Positions 10,715 to 21,708 are shown, counted from the first letter of the stretch. The stretch is 64,000 nucleotides of DNA from an uncultured Rickettsia sp. (GCA_964505265.1 CAZDGN010000006.1:24214-88213), one strand, 5' to 3'. The notes: generated by a model not told the origin, from the sequence alone. Translations and numbers: made by a program.

Positions 10715-12058
10715 ATGGAACCAGAACAAGAATATGACCGAAGAGTCTCTTCAAAAATTTATTATCTTCATAATAGCAATAAAAAAGCTAATAAAAATAA
10801 TAAACCAGATAACCACTCCATCAAACCAAGTGAAGATTTATCTTCGACCAATAATCTTGTTGCGATAGATGATTATATCAAATTAAACTCACCTACAATT
10901 CCAGTATATTGTATAAGACCAAATTCAATAAAAAAAGCTGTGAATTTTTTTCAAAAAGAATTTGTTTCTAATAATAATCCAACAGAAATTTTATATTCTG
11001 TAAAAAGCAATCCAGATCGTCAAGTTTTAAGGCACTTGTTTAATAATGGCATCAAGCATTTTGATGTCGCTTCCCTTTCAGAAATAAATTTAATTGACGA
11101 GTTATTTGGCAATAAAAATGTCAAGATGTATTTTATGCATCCAATTAAATCTCCAGAATCAATTGCCGACGCTTATTTCAATTATGGAATAAAAGATTTT
11201 TCTTTAGATTCTTTTGACGAGCTAGACAAAATTCTTAAAGCTACAAAAAATGCAAAAGATCTTGGCTTACACATTAGATTATCAATTCCAAATTCGCATT
11301 CGGCGATTGATCTATCTGGAAAATTTGGCATTTTACCATCTGACTCAGCTGGTCTCTTGAGAAAAGCTAGAGCCATCGCCAAAACCCTTGGTATCTGTTT
11401 CCATGTTGGCTCTCAATGTATGGATCCAGTTGAATATAGAAATGCAATCATAATTACCAAAGAAGTCCTCGAGGATTCTGAAGTAAATATTGATGTGCTT
11501 GATATTGGAGGCGGTTTTCCATCAATTTACCCAACAATGACTCCGCCAAATTTAACTCATTATTTTGATGAAATTTTTGATGCAATTGAACATCTAAATT
11601 TATCTAATAACTGCAAAATATGGTGCGAACCCGGAAGAGCATTAGTAGCCGAATCTGGCTCACTAATAGTTAGAGTTGAGGGCAGAAAAAATCATATGCT
11701 TTACATTAATGATGGAACCTATGGTGGATTGTTTGATGCTGGCTATCCCGGCTTTATTTACCATACCAAGGCTATTAGAATTAAAAATGAATCAAAATTA
11801 TCTTCGGAAAAAATTGCCTTTGGATTTTATGGTCCAACTTGCGACTCACTTGATACTATGAAGGGTCCGTTTTATTTACCAGAAAATATTCAGGCTGGCG
11901 ATTACATTGAAATTGCTCAACTCGGAGCTTATTCTCGAAGCATTAGAACTGAATTTAATGGTTTTAATAAAAACTTACAAATCGAGGTAAAAGACCTTCC
12001 AATTGAGTCAATGTATCCCGATATTCAAAATCAAAATATAAAAAAAATTAATTCATAA
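10715..12058 (+). CDS. Ornithine decarboxylase (fold-type III PLP, alanine-racemase fold)
   Basis: YSVKSNP, FHVGSQ, DIGGGF, EPGR, GPTCDSLD, GAYS. N-terminal extension, so the start is uncertain. Confidence 0.88.
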   Translation: MEPEQEYDRRVSSKIYYLHNSNKKANKNNKPDNHSIKPSEDLSSTNNLVAIDDYIKLNSPTIPVYCIRPNSIKKAVNFFQKEFVSNNNPTEILYSVKSNPDRQVLRHLFNNGIKHFDVASLSEINLIDELFGNKNVKMYFMHPIKSPESIADAYFNYGIKDFSLDSFDELDKILKATKNAKDLGLHIRLSIPNSHSAIDLSGKFGILPSDSAGLLRKARAIAKTLGICFHVGSQCMDPVEYRNAIIITKEVLEDSEVNIDVLDIGGGFPSIYPTMTPPNLTHYFDEIFDAIEHLNLSNNCKIWCEPGRALVAESGSLIVRVEGRKNHMLYINDGTYGGLFDAGYPGFIYHTKAIRIKNESKLSSEKIAFGFYGPTCDSLDTMKGPFYLPENIQAGDYIEIAQLGAYSRSIRTEFNGFNKNLQIEVKDLPIESMYPDIQNQNIKKINS

Positions 12059-12061
12059 TTT

Positions 12062-13096
12062 ATGGTAAATAAAAAAATTTCAAAAAAAGATTTACTTAAA
12101 AAACAAGTAGAGCATATCGACATTACCTCCTTTGATGCAAGACCAATCATATCACAAATGGACAAAATGTCATTTACCTCAAGAGATTTGGCAAGAGCTA
12201 CTGAAATTTTTAATATGATGTTAGCTGACAAATCATGTTCGGTTATTTTAACTCTTGCTGGTTCAACTTCGGCGGGCGGATGTATGAAGCTTTATGCCGA
12301 TATGATTAAATACAATATGGTCGATGCCATAGTGGCAACCGGAGCCTCAATTGTTGATATGGATTTTTTTGAAGCCTTAGGTTTTAAACATTACCAAGGT
12401 ACTCCTTTCATTGATGACAAGTTCTTGCGCGATAATTACATCGATAGAATTTACGACACCTATATCGATGAAGAAGACTTGCAAAAATGTGATCATGCTA
12501 TTTTTGAAATTGCCAATTCACTTAAAGCAAAACCATATTCATCGAGAGAATTTATTGCCGAAATGGGCAAATTTTTGCAAAAAAAAGCCAAAAAGAAAGA
12601 TTCATTAATTCAGCTTGCTTATGAAAATAATGTACCGATTTTTTGCCCAGCCTTTACCGATTCATCTGCGGGATTCGGTTTGGTTTTACATCAAGTCAAA
12701 AATCCAAAATCACATATTACTATCGACTCAATTCGTGATTTCAAAGAATTAACTGATATTAAAATTAAAGCTGGAACCACTGGATTGCTAATGATTGGTG
12801 GAGGAGTTCCAAAGAATTTCGTTCAAGATACCGTAGTTTGTGCTGAAATTTTAGGTAAGGAAGTTGATATGCATAAATATGCAATTCAAATCACAGTAGC
12901 TGACCAAAGAGATGGAGCTTGCTCATCTTCAACTCTAAAAGAGGCTTGCTCTTGGGGTAAGGTAGATGTAGCTTTTGAACAAATGGTTTATGCCGAAGCT
13001 ACTTCAGTTATTCCATTACTAGCATCATGTGCATATCACGATGGCAAATGGAAAAAAAGAGTTAGAAAAAATTTTAGCAAATTATTTAAGGGATAG
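12062..13096 (+). CDS. Deoxyhypusine-synthase-like protein (probable homospermidine synthase)
   Basis: VDAIVATGA, CPAFTDSSAG, GGGVPKN, DGACSSSTLKEACSWGK. Starts 3 bp after the decarboxylase. Confidence 0.88.
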   Translation: MVNKKISKKDLLKKQVEHIDITSFDARPIISQMDKMSFTSRDLARATEIFNMMLADKSCSVILTLAGSTSAGGCMKLYADMIKYNMVDAIVATGASIVDMDFFEALGFKHYQGTPFIDDKFLRDNYIDRIYDTYIDEEDLQKCDHAIFEIANSLKAKPYSSREFIAEMGKFLQKKAKKKDSLIQLAYENNVPIFCPAFTDSSAGFGLVLHQVKNPKSHITIDSIRDFKELTDIKIKAGTTGLLMIGGGVPKNFVQDTVVCAEILGKEVDMHKYAIQITVADQRDGACSSSTLKEACSWGKVDVAFEQMVYAEATSVIPLLASCAYHDGKWKKRVRKNFSKLFKG

Positions 13097-13236
13097 TTAA
13101 TTTTAATATTGATTTAACCATAAATCATCTTAAAATTAGTTAGCAAAATTATTCGATTTTAATCTTGTACATTAAATTATGTTTAATAAATTGATTGAAA
13201 TTCATTAATATTATTAAATCGCAATCTTAATTCAAT

Positions 13237-13737
13237 TTGATGTTAGAACAGAAATCAATTTTTAAAATCTCGTTTATTTATTTTTTTGCCGCAATATTAA
13301 CGGCGATGAATCTTACCAACATAAGAGTTGCCGGAATTAACAATTTGTGGCCTCTTTTTGACCTAATGGCAATTTTTTACTTTGGAATCTTTAAAAATCG
13401 CTTCGGCTTGGCATTTATTTTTTTTCTTGGAATTTGGAATGATGCCATCAACGGCAATCCTTTGGGTCTTACTTCTCTAAGCTATATTATGCTTATAAAA
13501 ATATTTTCAATTATCAATCAAAGGATTTTATCTAAGGAAAATTTCATTCATATCTGGAAACAATTTGTGGTTTTTTTAATTCTGTTTTTAATCTTTAAGC
13601 TTGTGCTTTTTGTGATAATTTCTGGAAATTTTATTTCAATTAAAATTATGCTGTTTCAATTTGTAATTTCAATTTTTGTTTACATTCCAATCCATGTATT
13701 TTTTGATTATTTAAGCAAAAAATTATTAGAAGAATAA
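13237..13737 (+). CDS. mreD: Rod shape-determining protein MreD
   Basis: Highly hydrophobic 166 aa with GIWNDAINGNPLGLTSL, directly upstream of PBP2. TTG start. Confidence 0.75.
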   Translation: MMLEQKSIFKISFIYFFAAILTAMNLTNIRVAGINNLWPLFDLMAIFYFGIFKNRFGLAFIFFLGIWNDAINGNPLGLTSLSYIMLIKIFSIINQRILSKENFIHIWKQFVVFLILFLIFKLVLFVIISGNFISIKIMLFQFVISIFVYIPIHVFFDYLSKKLLEE

Positions 13738-13738
13738 T

Positions 13739-15544
13739 ATGCTTCGAGATATTAGAAAAAACAAAATTTTCAATAGACGTGCTATGATACTTGGAGTCAC
13801 CCAATCGGCTTTGTCAGGAATTTTAGTGCTTCGCCTTGGATATTTGCAAATCTGGAAATATGACGAATATAAAAATCAATCGGATAGTAATCGCATTAAA
13901 CCCGTAATCAATCCAGCGGGCAGGGGAACAGTTTTTGACCGATATGGTCTCCCATTAACCAGAAATGAAAGCAATTTTAGGCTTTTAATTTATCTTGATA
14001 AAAAAAATAATATAGAAAAATCTTTGGATAAAATATGTCAAATCCTTGAAACCAGCGAAGAAACTAGAAATCTTTTTTACGCCAAAGTTAAAAATGCCAA
14101 ACGCAAAAATGTTATTTCACTAATCGACAATCTTGGTTGGGACGACCTCGCCAGAATTGAAACAAACTTTCATTCATTACCAGGCGTTTCAATTGAAAGT
14201 GGCATCATCAGAAAATATCCCTACCCTGCAGAAACCTCTCATTTCCTTGGATATGTCTCATTGCCAGCTGAAAAAGAAATTGATGAAAACGAACAAAACC
14301 TATTTATGCATCCGGATTTTCGTATTGGAAAAAGCGGAATCGAAAAAACTTTTGACACAGTTTTGCGGGGTAAATATGGAGTAAAATATGTTGAGGTGAA
14401 TGTTCACGAGGTTCCACTACGAACCTTGTCAATTAAACAACCATCCGAAGGCTCTAGAATAAATTTAACTATTGATTTTGGTTTACAAAAATTTATTACC
14501 GAACGCATCAAAAACGATGTTGCATCGGTTGTAGTTATGGATGTCAAAACTGGAGAAATCCTCGGTTATTGTTCCTCACCGACTTTTGATCCAAATAATT
14601 TTGTAGAAGGCGTATCTAAAGATTATTGGAAACAATTAAATGAAGATCCAAAAAAACCATTAAATAATAAGCCCATCTCGGCACTTTACCCACCAGGGTC
14701 AACTTTTAAACTTATGGTTGCCCTAGCGGCACTTGAAACAGGTTTCAATCCAGCCACAAGATTTTATTGCAACGGCTCTTATCAGCTCGGCAAAAGAACT
14801 TTTCATTGCTGGCAAGAAAAAGGGCATGGCTCTCAAGATTTAATTGGGGCAATTAAACATTCTTGCAATGTTTATTTTTATAACTTGGCAAGTCAAATTG
14901 GCCACGAACGATTCAATGATGTAGCCAGAAGATTTGGCTTTGGTGAAAAATTTGATATTAGTCTGTACGGATCAAAATCTGGACTTCTTCCAAGTGACGA
15001 GTGGAAGAAAAAAACCTTCAACCAGCCTTGGGTAAAGGGCGACACTTTAAACACCGCAATCGGTCAAGGAAATGTTCTTGGCACTCCTCTTCAACTTGCA
15101 GTTGTTGCCTCAAGAATTGCAAATGGCGGAATTCCTATCAAGCCATATCTTGTAAGAAATAGCAATATTTTTAAACAATATGATGCTTTAAAAAATGAGC
15201 CAATAGTTGATAATAAATTTTTGAAATTAATACAAGAGGGCATGAAAAAAGTAGTAAATGAAGCAGGGGGAACTGCCTTTGGCAAAAAGATTTTAACTCC
15301 TGGATATGAAATGGCCGGAAAAACTGGAACATCACAAGTTATTTCTAAAAGAGAAAAGGAAATGTCCAAAGCCGAAATTGAAAATAACGCTAACCATGCA
15401 ATTTTTATTGGCTATGCCCCAATTCACGACCCAAAATATGCGATTTCAGTTGTTGTTGAGCACGGAAAAAGTGGCTCAATGGCGGCGGCACCAATTGCCA
15501 AAGATGTCTTGATGCAAGCACAGGGTCTTAAAATAAATTTATAA
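13739..15544 (+). CDS. mrdA: Penicillin-binding protein 2
   Basis: RGTVFDR, YPPGSTFK (SxxK), SCN, KTGT. Confidence 0.95.
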   Translation: MLRDIRKNKIFNRRAMILGVTQSALSGILVLRLGYLQIWKYDEYKNQSDSNRIKPVINPAGRGTVFDRYGLPLTRNESNFRLLIYLDKKNNIEKSLDKICQILETSEETRNLFYAKVKNAKRKNVISLIDNLGWDDLARIETNFHSLPGVSIESGIIRKYPYPAETSHFLGYVSLPAEKEIDENEQNLFMHPDFRIGKSGIEKTFDTVLRGKYGVKYVEVNVHEVPLRTLSIKQPSEGSRINLTIDFGLQKFITERIKNDVASVVVMDVKTGEILGYCSSPTFDPNNFVEGVSKDYWKQLNEDPKKPLNNKPISALYPPGSTFKLMVALAALETGFNPATRFYCNGSYQLGKRTFHCWQEKGHGSQDLIGAIKHSCNVYFYNLASQIGHERFNDVARRFGFGEKFDISLYGSKSGLLPSDEWKKKTFNQPWVKGDTLNTAIGQGNVLGTPLQLAVVASRIANGGIPIKPYLVRNSNIFKQYDALKNEPIVDNKFLKLIQEGMKKVVNEAGGTAFGKKILTPGYEMAGKTGTSQVISKREKEMSKAEIENNANHAIFIGYAPIHDPKYAISVVVEHGKSGSMAAAPIAKDVLMQAQGLKINL

Positions 15545-15549
15545 AAAAT

Positions 15550-16326
15550 ATGTTTATAAAAATCCCTTTTAAAAATCAAAAAATTGAATTTTGGGAAATA
15601 AAAAACAATGCAAAACTTCTCGTAAAAAAAATCTTTTTTAAGAACGATATTTCAAGAAAAATTATAAGTTATTTGATTTATTTTTACTTATTTTTTGTTT
15701 ATAAAACTTGCAGAAAAAAATTTATCGGCTTTGAAAATCAGACTAATTTTATTGAAAAAAATTCAATAATTTTTTCATTTTGGCATAATCGTTTAATGAT
15801 GATTCCATTTTTATCAAGAAAGATTAAGAAAAAAATTAATAATTTCAACCTAATGACCCTAGCTTCAAGACATGGTGACGGCAGAATAGTGGGTGAGGTT
15901 ATGGAAAAATTTGGCCTAATCTCAGTGCTTGGATCAAGCAAAGACAAAAGAGGGTCGCACAAGGGTATTGAATATTCAAATTTAAAAAAAATAATTAATG
16001 GCTTAAAAAATGGCTACTGCCTAGGCATTACCCCAGATGGTCCTCGCGGACCCAATCAAGAGATTAACGGCGAAATTATTAATATCGCCAAATTAACTGG
16101 CGCTTCATTAATAAATGTTTCTTATTCTTGTTCAAGATTTATTGTAATCAAAAAAAGCTGGGATAAATTTAAAATTCCCCTTCCATTTTCACGCTTATGT
16201 TTTGTGGTTTCAGATAATATATATAAGGTCGATAAAAATATGAGTGAATCGGATTTAGAATCTTTAAAATTTCAAATTCGTGATGATTTAAATCACACTC
16301 AAAATCTCGCAGACTCTTCCTTATAA
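15550..16326 (+). CDS. DUF374 / lysophospholipid acyltransferase-family protein
   Basis: FWHNR, SRHGDG, ITPDGPRGP, WDKFKIPLPF. Confidence 0.8.
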   Translation: MFIKIPFKNQKIEFWEIKNNAKLLVKKIFFKNDISRKIISYLIYFYLFFVYKTCRKKFIGFENQTNFIEKNSIIFSFWHNRLMMIPFLSRKIKKKINNFNLMTLASRHGDGRIVGEVMEKFGLISVLGSSKDKRGSHKGIEYSNLKKIINGLKNGYCLGITPDGPRGPNQEINGEIINIAKLTGASLINVSYSCSRFIVIKKSWDKFKIPLPFSRLCFVVSDNIYKVDKNMSESDLESLKFQIRDDLNHTQNLADSSL

Positions 16327-16383
16327 ATTAATATTTTTGCATAAAATATTAGTGCAATTCGCGGTTTTAAAATTTTTATAATC

Positions 16384-17115
16384 CTATTTGCTAGCAACAA
16401 TAGCCAATTTATTTGACGCATCTTCGATGGCTGAAATTAGTTTTTTGTTAAAATCATCTTTGGATAATCCTTGATTAATTGCTGGCAAAAACTCAATGAT
16501 TATTACTCCGGGTTTTTTTAAAATTTTATGTTTTGACCAATATAATCCAGAGTTTAAGGCAACAGGAACAATTTTTGTTTCGCAAGAATTATACAAGGCG
16601 GTAATGCCTGCTTGATAGGGAAAATCTTTGGGGCTTCCAGCAATCGGAACTCTTGTACCTTGCGGAAAAATCACCACACTTTGACCCAAATTTAAATAAA
16701 ATCTTGCTTGGGCAATCACATTTTTTAAAGACTTCATGCCACCTTTGCGATCAACGCTGATACCGCTCATAAATTTCAAAAACCAGCCATAAAACGGAAT
16801 TTTTTCTAACTCCTTTTTATATGCATATACAGGCCGATTTAAAATTAAGTGCATTACCACCGTTTCCCACATCGATTGATGCTTACAAGCATAAATACAA
16901 GGCTCCTTGAGAATATTTTCTTGGCCTATAATTTTATACTCTATTTTGCACAATTTTTTTAGGACATAAAATGAAAATTGTGACCAAATTTTGGCACCAA
17001 AATCGCCAATTTTCTTACTTTTAAAAATAAAGGCGGGTGGCAAAAAAATAATTGGAATAATCGCTCCCCAACTATTGATAAATACGACAAACAATAAGGA
17101 TTTTAGATACTGCAT
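16384..17115 (-). CDS. plsC: 1-acyl-sn-glycerol-3-phosphate acyltransferase
   Basis: KHQSMWE, FPQGTR, IVPVALNSG. Confidence 0.88.
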   Translation of the reverse strand: MQYLKSLLFVVFINSWGAIIPIIFLPPAFIFKSKKIGDFGAKIWSQFSFYVLKKLCKIEYKIIGQENILKEPCIYACKHQSMWETVVMHLILNRPVYAYKKELEKIPFYGWFLKFMSGISVDRKGGMKSLKNVIAQARFYLNLGQSVVIFPQGTRVPIAGSPKDFPYQAGITALYNSCETKIVPVALNSGLYWSKHKILKKPGVIIIEFLPAINQGLSKDDFNKKLISAIEDASNKLAIVASK

Positions 17116-17189
17116 TAAAATATATTTTATTGCCTAACTGGATAAGTAAAAGCTTATTTTGAATTTAAGGATTTTATTTTGTGTTATGG

Positions 17190-17264
17190 TGGTGCCGGAT
17201 GTCGGGTTTGAACTGACGACCTACTGTTTACAAGACAGTTGCTCTACCGCTGAGCTAATCCGGC
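17190..17264 (-). tRNA. tRNA-Thr(TGT)
   Basis: Acceptor GCCGGAT/ATCCGGC, anticodon arm ACTGT-CTTGTAA-ACAGT, CCA end; one A-C mismatch in the T stem. Confidence 0.9.
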
Positions 17265-17370
17265 TTTATTTAAAAAAATTGTAGAATTTTAAAGTTAATT
17301 TTACAATAAAAAAATTAAAAATATTCGGATTACAACTTTTTTTAAAAAGCATAATCCGAATATTTGGCAC

Positions 17371-17634
17371 CTATTTTTTAACAGGAGCTGGAGCTGGAGC
17401 CGGAACTGCAACTGGAACAGCTGCTGGAGCGGTTGCAGCATTTTCTTGAGCTTTCGCTTCAGCTTTTTTAGCTTTTTTAGCTTTTTTAGCTTTTTTTTCA
17501 GCTTTAGGGGCTTCAGCTGGAGCTGGAGCATTAGCAACTACTGGAGCATTAGCTGGAGCGGTAGCTGGAGTTTGAGCATTAGCAACTGATGCAAACATTG
17601 CAAAGATTGCCACGATTAGTGAAAATTTTTTCAT
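17371..17634 (-). CDS. Small exported Ala/Pro/Lys-rich low-complexity protein
   Basis: Signal peptide ending ANA; APA repeats flank a (KKA)4 core. Confidence 0.8.
   Translation of the reverse strand: MKKFSLIVAIFAMFASVANAQTPATAPANAPVVANAPAPAEAPKAEKKAKKAKKAKKAEAKAQENAATAPAAVPVAVPAPAPAPVKK
17461..17496. repeat. Four tandem 9-mers AGCTTTTTT (KKA codons on the minus strand)
   Basis: Read directly from the sequence. Confidence 0.85.
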
Positions 17635-17729
17635 ATTTTTAAAAATTATTTTGTTTTAAGATAATGCTTTTTTATAAAGCCAACATAAATTTTTTAGGTT
17701 TACATCACTGCTTTTTTAATAGCCTAAGA

Positions 17730-17757
17730 ATTTTATTTTTAAAAAAAAAATTGTCAA
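17730..17757 (-). promoter_or_regulatory. Putative sigma70 promoter for the Ala/Pro/Lys-rich gene
   Basis: TTGACA (17752-17757), 16-bp spacer, TAAAAT (17730-17735) on the minus strand. Confidence 0.4.
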
Positions 17758-17799
17758 TATATCAATTAATAAATTACATTAAAAATAAATAGAATGAAT

Positions 17800-18687
17800 T
17801 TAATTCAATAAATAATCAGTTAAGTCATTTAATAATTGGGCTTTTTGACCAAATATTTTTAAATGAGATTTTGCCTGCTCCCTTAAAAGAACCAATTGCT
17901 TTTCGCAATTATTAAGACCAATTATATCGACAATGCTGGTATTTTTTTTTGGTTTTTTGTGAGCAATTTCATCAATTTCAGTTTTGCCAATATCCACTCC
18001 CCGATGATCCAAAATATCGTCCTTAATTTGAAATGCCAAGCCCAAATCATTTGCAAAAAATCTAATAGTTTTTCTTTCGCTTGAACTAGCATTTGCAATA
18101 ACTCCACCAAGTTCAGATGATGCCATAAACAACTCTCCCGTCTTGAGGCGGTGAATATTGGCAATTAATTCTTTAGAAATAACTTTACTAGAATTTTCAA
18201 TATCAATCATTTGTCCACCCACCATTCCACGGTAGCCAATGGCATTTGATAAAACTTTTATCATCTCAATTTTGATATTATTATCTTTAATTTCGTTGGT
18301 AGAGGCAATAATTTCAAAAGCTAATGTAAGTAATCCATCGCCAGCAAGAATTGCGGTAGCATCGTCAAATTTCTTGTGATTTGATAATTTACCTCTTCGA
18401 TAATCATCATTGTCCATCGCAGGCAAATCATCGTGAATTAATGAATACACGTGAACAAATTCTATAGCACATGCAACATCAAGGCAGGAAGCAGTTGGAT
18501 AATCAAAAATATTTGCTACCGCCATCAATAAGAACGGGCGAATCCTCTTGCCTGTAGACAAAGCGGAATATCTCATTGCTTCCATAATTTTAGAATCTTC
18601 ACCATCAATCGACAATAACTCATCCATTCTTTTATTTAGATGGTAGCTTGATGCAAGCATTGCTTCTTTTAAATTTGCGAACTCCAT
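17800..18687 (-). CDS. ispA: Geranyltranstransferase (FPP synthase)
   Basis: GKRIRP, LIHDDLPAMDNDDYRRG, GGQMID, FQIKDD. Confidence 0.93.
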   Translation of the reverse strand: MEFANLKEAMLASSYHLNKRMDELLSIDGEDSKIMEAMRYSALSTGKRIRPFLLMAVANIFDYPTASCLDVACAIEFVHVYSLIHDDLPAMDNDDYRRGKLSNHKKFDDATAILAGDGLLTLAFEIIASTNEIKDNNIKIEMIKVLSNAIGYRGMVGGQMIDIENSSKVISKELIANIHRLKTGELFMASSELGGVIANASSSERKTIRFFANDLGLAFQIKDDILDHRGVDIGKTEIDEIAHKKPKKNTSIVDIIGLNNCEKQLVLLREQAKSHLKIFGQKAQLLNDLTDYLLN

Positions 18688-18689
18688 AT

Positions 18690-21614
18690 TTATTTTAATA
18701 ATTTTGCTAAATATTTTCCAGTAACCGAGTTTTTATCTTTAGCAATTTTCTCTGGCGTGCCTTCGGCAACAATATATCCACCTTTTTCACCACCACAAGG
18801 TCCGATATCAATAATCCAATCTGCGGTTTTTAAAACATCTAAATTATGCTCAATAACTAAAATAGAGTTGCCAGACTCAACCAATTTATGCAACACTTTT
18901 AACAATTTATTAATATCTTCAAAATGCAATCCAGTTGTTGGCTCATCAAGAATATATAAGGTATCGCCCGTGGCTTTTCTACTTAACTCCTTAGCTAATT
19001 TTATTCTTTGAGCTTCGCCACCGGATAGAGTTGTGGCACTTTGCCCAATCTTAATATAACCCAAACCCACATCACATAAGGCTTTGAATTTATCTTGAAT
19101 ATGGGGCATTTGAGCAAAAAAATTATAAGCATCTTCCGCGGTCATTTCTAAAATATCTGAAATTGATTTATCCTTATATTTTATTTCTAGAGTTTCGCGG
19201 TTATAACGCTTGCCATGACATGTTTCGCACTTAACATAAACATCTGGCAAGAAATGCATCTCTATTTTTATTACCCCATCACCTTGGCAGGTTTCACACC
19301 TTCCGCCCTTAACATTAAAAGAAAATCTGCCAACCTTATATCCCCTAGCTTTTGACTCTGGTAAATTAGCATAAAATTCACGAATAAAACTAAAAGCTCC
19401 AATATAAGTACATGGGTTAGAGCGAGGAGTTCTGCCGATTGGCGATTGGTCAATTTCAATAATTTTATCAATAAAATGATGCCCAAACAAACCCTGATAA
19501 GGTCCCGGCATAACTCTTGCTTTGTTGACAATTTTGTTTAAGGCTGGATATAAAGTTTTAATAATCAAGCTGGATTTTCCACCACCAGAAATTCCCGACA
19601 CTGCAACAAATACTTTTAAAGGCAAATTTAGATCAACATTTTTTAAATTATTTAAAGTTGCCCCTTTTAATTTAATCATTTTTTGAGCATCGATTTTTCT
19701 TCTTTTGGCTGGAATTTCAATGTTTTTTTTGCCACTCAAATATTGACCAGTAATACTATTGTCGTCGGCAACAACATAATCTGGCTTACCCTGAGAAATT
19801 ATTTTTCCACCGTGAATACCAGCACCCGGCCCAACATCGATAAGATACTGAGCCTCTCTCATCATTTCTTCGTCATGCTCAACAACTATAACCGAATTAC
19901 CAAGATCACGTAAATTTTTTAGGGTCTGAATCAATTTATTATTATCAGATTGATGAAGTCCAATAGAGGGTTCGTCAAGAACATATAAAACCCCCGACAA
20001 ACCCGAACCTATTTGCGAAGCCAATCTAATACGCTGGGCTTCACCACCAGATAACGTTCCGGCTTCACGATTTATAGTTAAATATTCTAATCCAACATTT
20101 GATAAAAATCCAAGCCTACGCGATATTTCTTTAAGCAATCTTTCAGAAATTTGTTTTTGCATTGGTGTTAGATATTTTGGCAAGTCGGTAAACCATTCAA
20201 TAGATTTTTCTACCGACATTGCGGTGACTTCGCCAATATGCTTTCCGGCAATTTTTATTGACAATGCCTGTTCATTGAGTCTATATCCATTGCAAGAGTC
20301 GCATTTTTTATTAGCTTGATATTTCAAAAATTCATCACCCTCATCTTCTGCAACTTTTTCTTCGAGTCGTTTTTTTAAATTATTTACTATACCATCAAAA
20401 GTCTTTTTTACCTTAACTGACTTAAGTCCATCTTCAATTTTTAATTCAATTTCTTCGCCTCCAGTGCCATAAAAAATTTTATCTTTTATTTCTTTAGAAA
20501 GCGATTTAAAAGGAACATCGAGGCTAAATTTATAGTGATTTGCCATTGCTGTTAAAATCTGCATATAAAACCTCTCTTGAACACCTTGCCAGATGGAAAT
20601 GGCGCCTTGCCTTAAGGATAAATTCTCATCCTCAACCAGCAAATCAACATTAAAATACTTTTCGGTTCCAAGGCCGTCGCATTTTTTACAAGCACCAAAT
20701 GGCGAATTAAAAGAAAATAATCGTGGTTCGATTTCGGCAATTGTAAAGCCCGATTCTGGACATGAAAATTTTTCACTAAATAAAACAATATTATCAACTT
20801 TTGCCGTTAACAGTTCGTTATTGTCGATATTTTCAGGTTTTTTTGAAGTTTTTTTAGTTTTTTCTTTTACTAAATTTTCTTCTTCAGGCAAACTTACAAT
20901 TTCAACATAAATTAGACCGTCGGCAATTTTCAAAGCATTTTCAACCGAATCTGAAACCCGATTTCCAAGGTCTTCAGAGATTACAATTCTATCGACAACA
21001 ATTTCAATATTATGTTTTTTATTCTTATCAAGCTGAGGCAAAACTTCGTTTAAATCGTGAATTTTACCATCGATTTTAATACGCTGAAAGCCTTGCTTTC
21101 TAGCTCCCATCATTTCTTTGCGAAACTCGCCTTTGGTGCCACGAACTATCGGGGCTAAAATATATATTCTAGTTTTTTTGGGAAGTTGTAAAATTTTATC
21201 AACTATTACCGAAGCCGACTGGCTTTGAATGGGTTTGCCAGTAACTGGAGAATATGGCACACCAATTCTAGCAAATAATAATCGATAATGATCATATATT
21301 TCTGTAACAGTTCCAACGGTTGAGCGCGGATTTCTTGAGGTGGTTTTTTGATCAATAGCAATAGCTGGTGATAGCCCCGTGATTGACTCTACATCAGGCT
21401 TATCCTGCATATCTAAAAATTGTCTAGCATATGAAGAAAGACTTTCGATAAATCTTCTTTGACCTTCAGCATAAATAGTATCAAACACTAAAGAAGATTT
21501 TCCTGAACCGCTTAAACCCGTGACTACAATCAATTCATTTTTTGGAATTTCGATATTAACATTTTTCAAATTATGTTCTTTGGCGCCAACAACTTTAATA
21601 AATTTCTCTTCCAT
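18690..21614 (-). CDS. uvrA: Excinuclease ABC subunit A
   Basis: GAKEHNLKN, two Walker A motifs, two LSGGEAQR signatures, zinc fingers. Confidence 0.98.
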   Translation of the reverse strand: MEEKFIKVVGAKEHNLKNVNIEIPKNELIVVTGLSGSGKSSLVFDTIYAEGQRRFIESLSSYARQFLDMQDKPDVESITGLSPAIAIDQKTTSRNPRSTVGTVTEIYDHYRLLFARIGVPYSPVTGKPIQSQSASVIVDKILQLPKKTRIYILAPIVRGTKGEFRKEMMGARKQGFQRIKIDGKIHDLNEVLPQLDKNKKHNIEIVVDRIVISEDLGNRVSDSVENALKIADGLIYVEIVSLPEEENLVKEKTKKTSKKPENIDNNELLTAKVDNIVLFSEKFSCPESGFTIAEIEPRLFSFNSPFGACKKCDGLGTEKYFNVDLLVEDENLSLRQGAISIWQGVQERFYMQILTAMANHYKFSLDVPFKSLSKEIKDKIFYGTGGEEIELKIEDGLKSVKVKKTFDGIVNNLKKRLEEKVAEDEGDEFLKYQANKKCDSCNGYRLNEQALSIKIAGKHIGEVTAMSVEKSIEWFTDLPKYLTPMQKQISERLLKEISRRLGFLSNVGLEYLTINREAGTLSGGEAQRIRLASQIGSGLSGVLYVLDEPSIGLHQSDNNKLIQTLKNLRDLGNSVIVVEHDEEMMREAQYLIDVGPGAGIHGGKIISQGKPDYVVADDNSITGQYLSGKKNIEIPAKRRKIDAQKMIKLKGATLNNLKNVDLNLPLKVFVAVSGISGGGKSSLIIKTLYPALNKIVNKARVMPGPYQGLFGHHFIDKIIEIDQSPIGRTPRSNPCTYIGAFSFIREFYANLPESKARGYKVGRFSFNVKGGRCETCQGDGVIKIEMHFLPDVYVKCETCHGKRYNRETLEIKYKDKSISDILEMTAEDAYNFFAQMPHIQDKFKALCDVGLGYIKIGQSATTLSGGEAQRIKLAKELSRKATGDTLYILDEPTTGLHFEDINKLLKVLHKLVESGNSILVIEHNLDVLKTADWIIDIGPCGGEKGGYIVAEGTPEKIAKDKNSVTGKYLAKLLK

Positions 21615-21708
21615 TTTTTAAGATTTTTTAATTTTAATTTAAGGGATATATTTTTATAAATTATATTAATAACATATAGCAAAAAAATATGCTATTAATT
21701 TTTTAGAT

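Noticed and set aside
10680-10868. Off-frame ORF overlapping the decarboxylase start as a polyamine-sensing leader or frameshift
   Set aside because: TTG start in a poly-T tract, no RBS, no slippery site or structure seen.
21615-21708. LexA box upstream of uvrA
   Set aside because: No GTTC-N7-GTTC or GAAC-N7-GAAC; only a 6-bp inverted repeat expected by chance.
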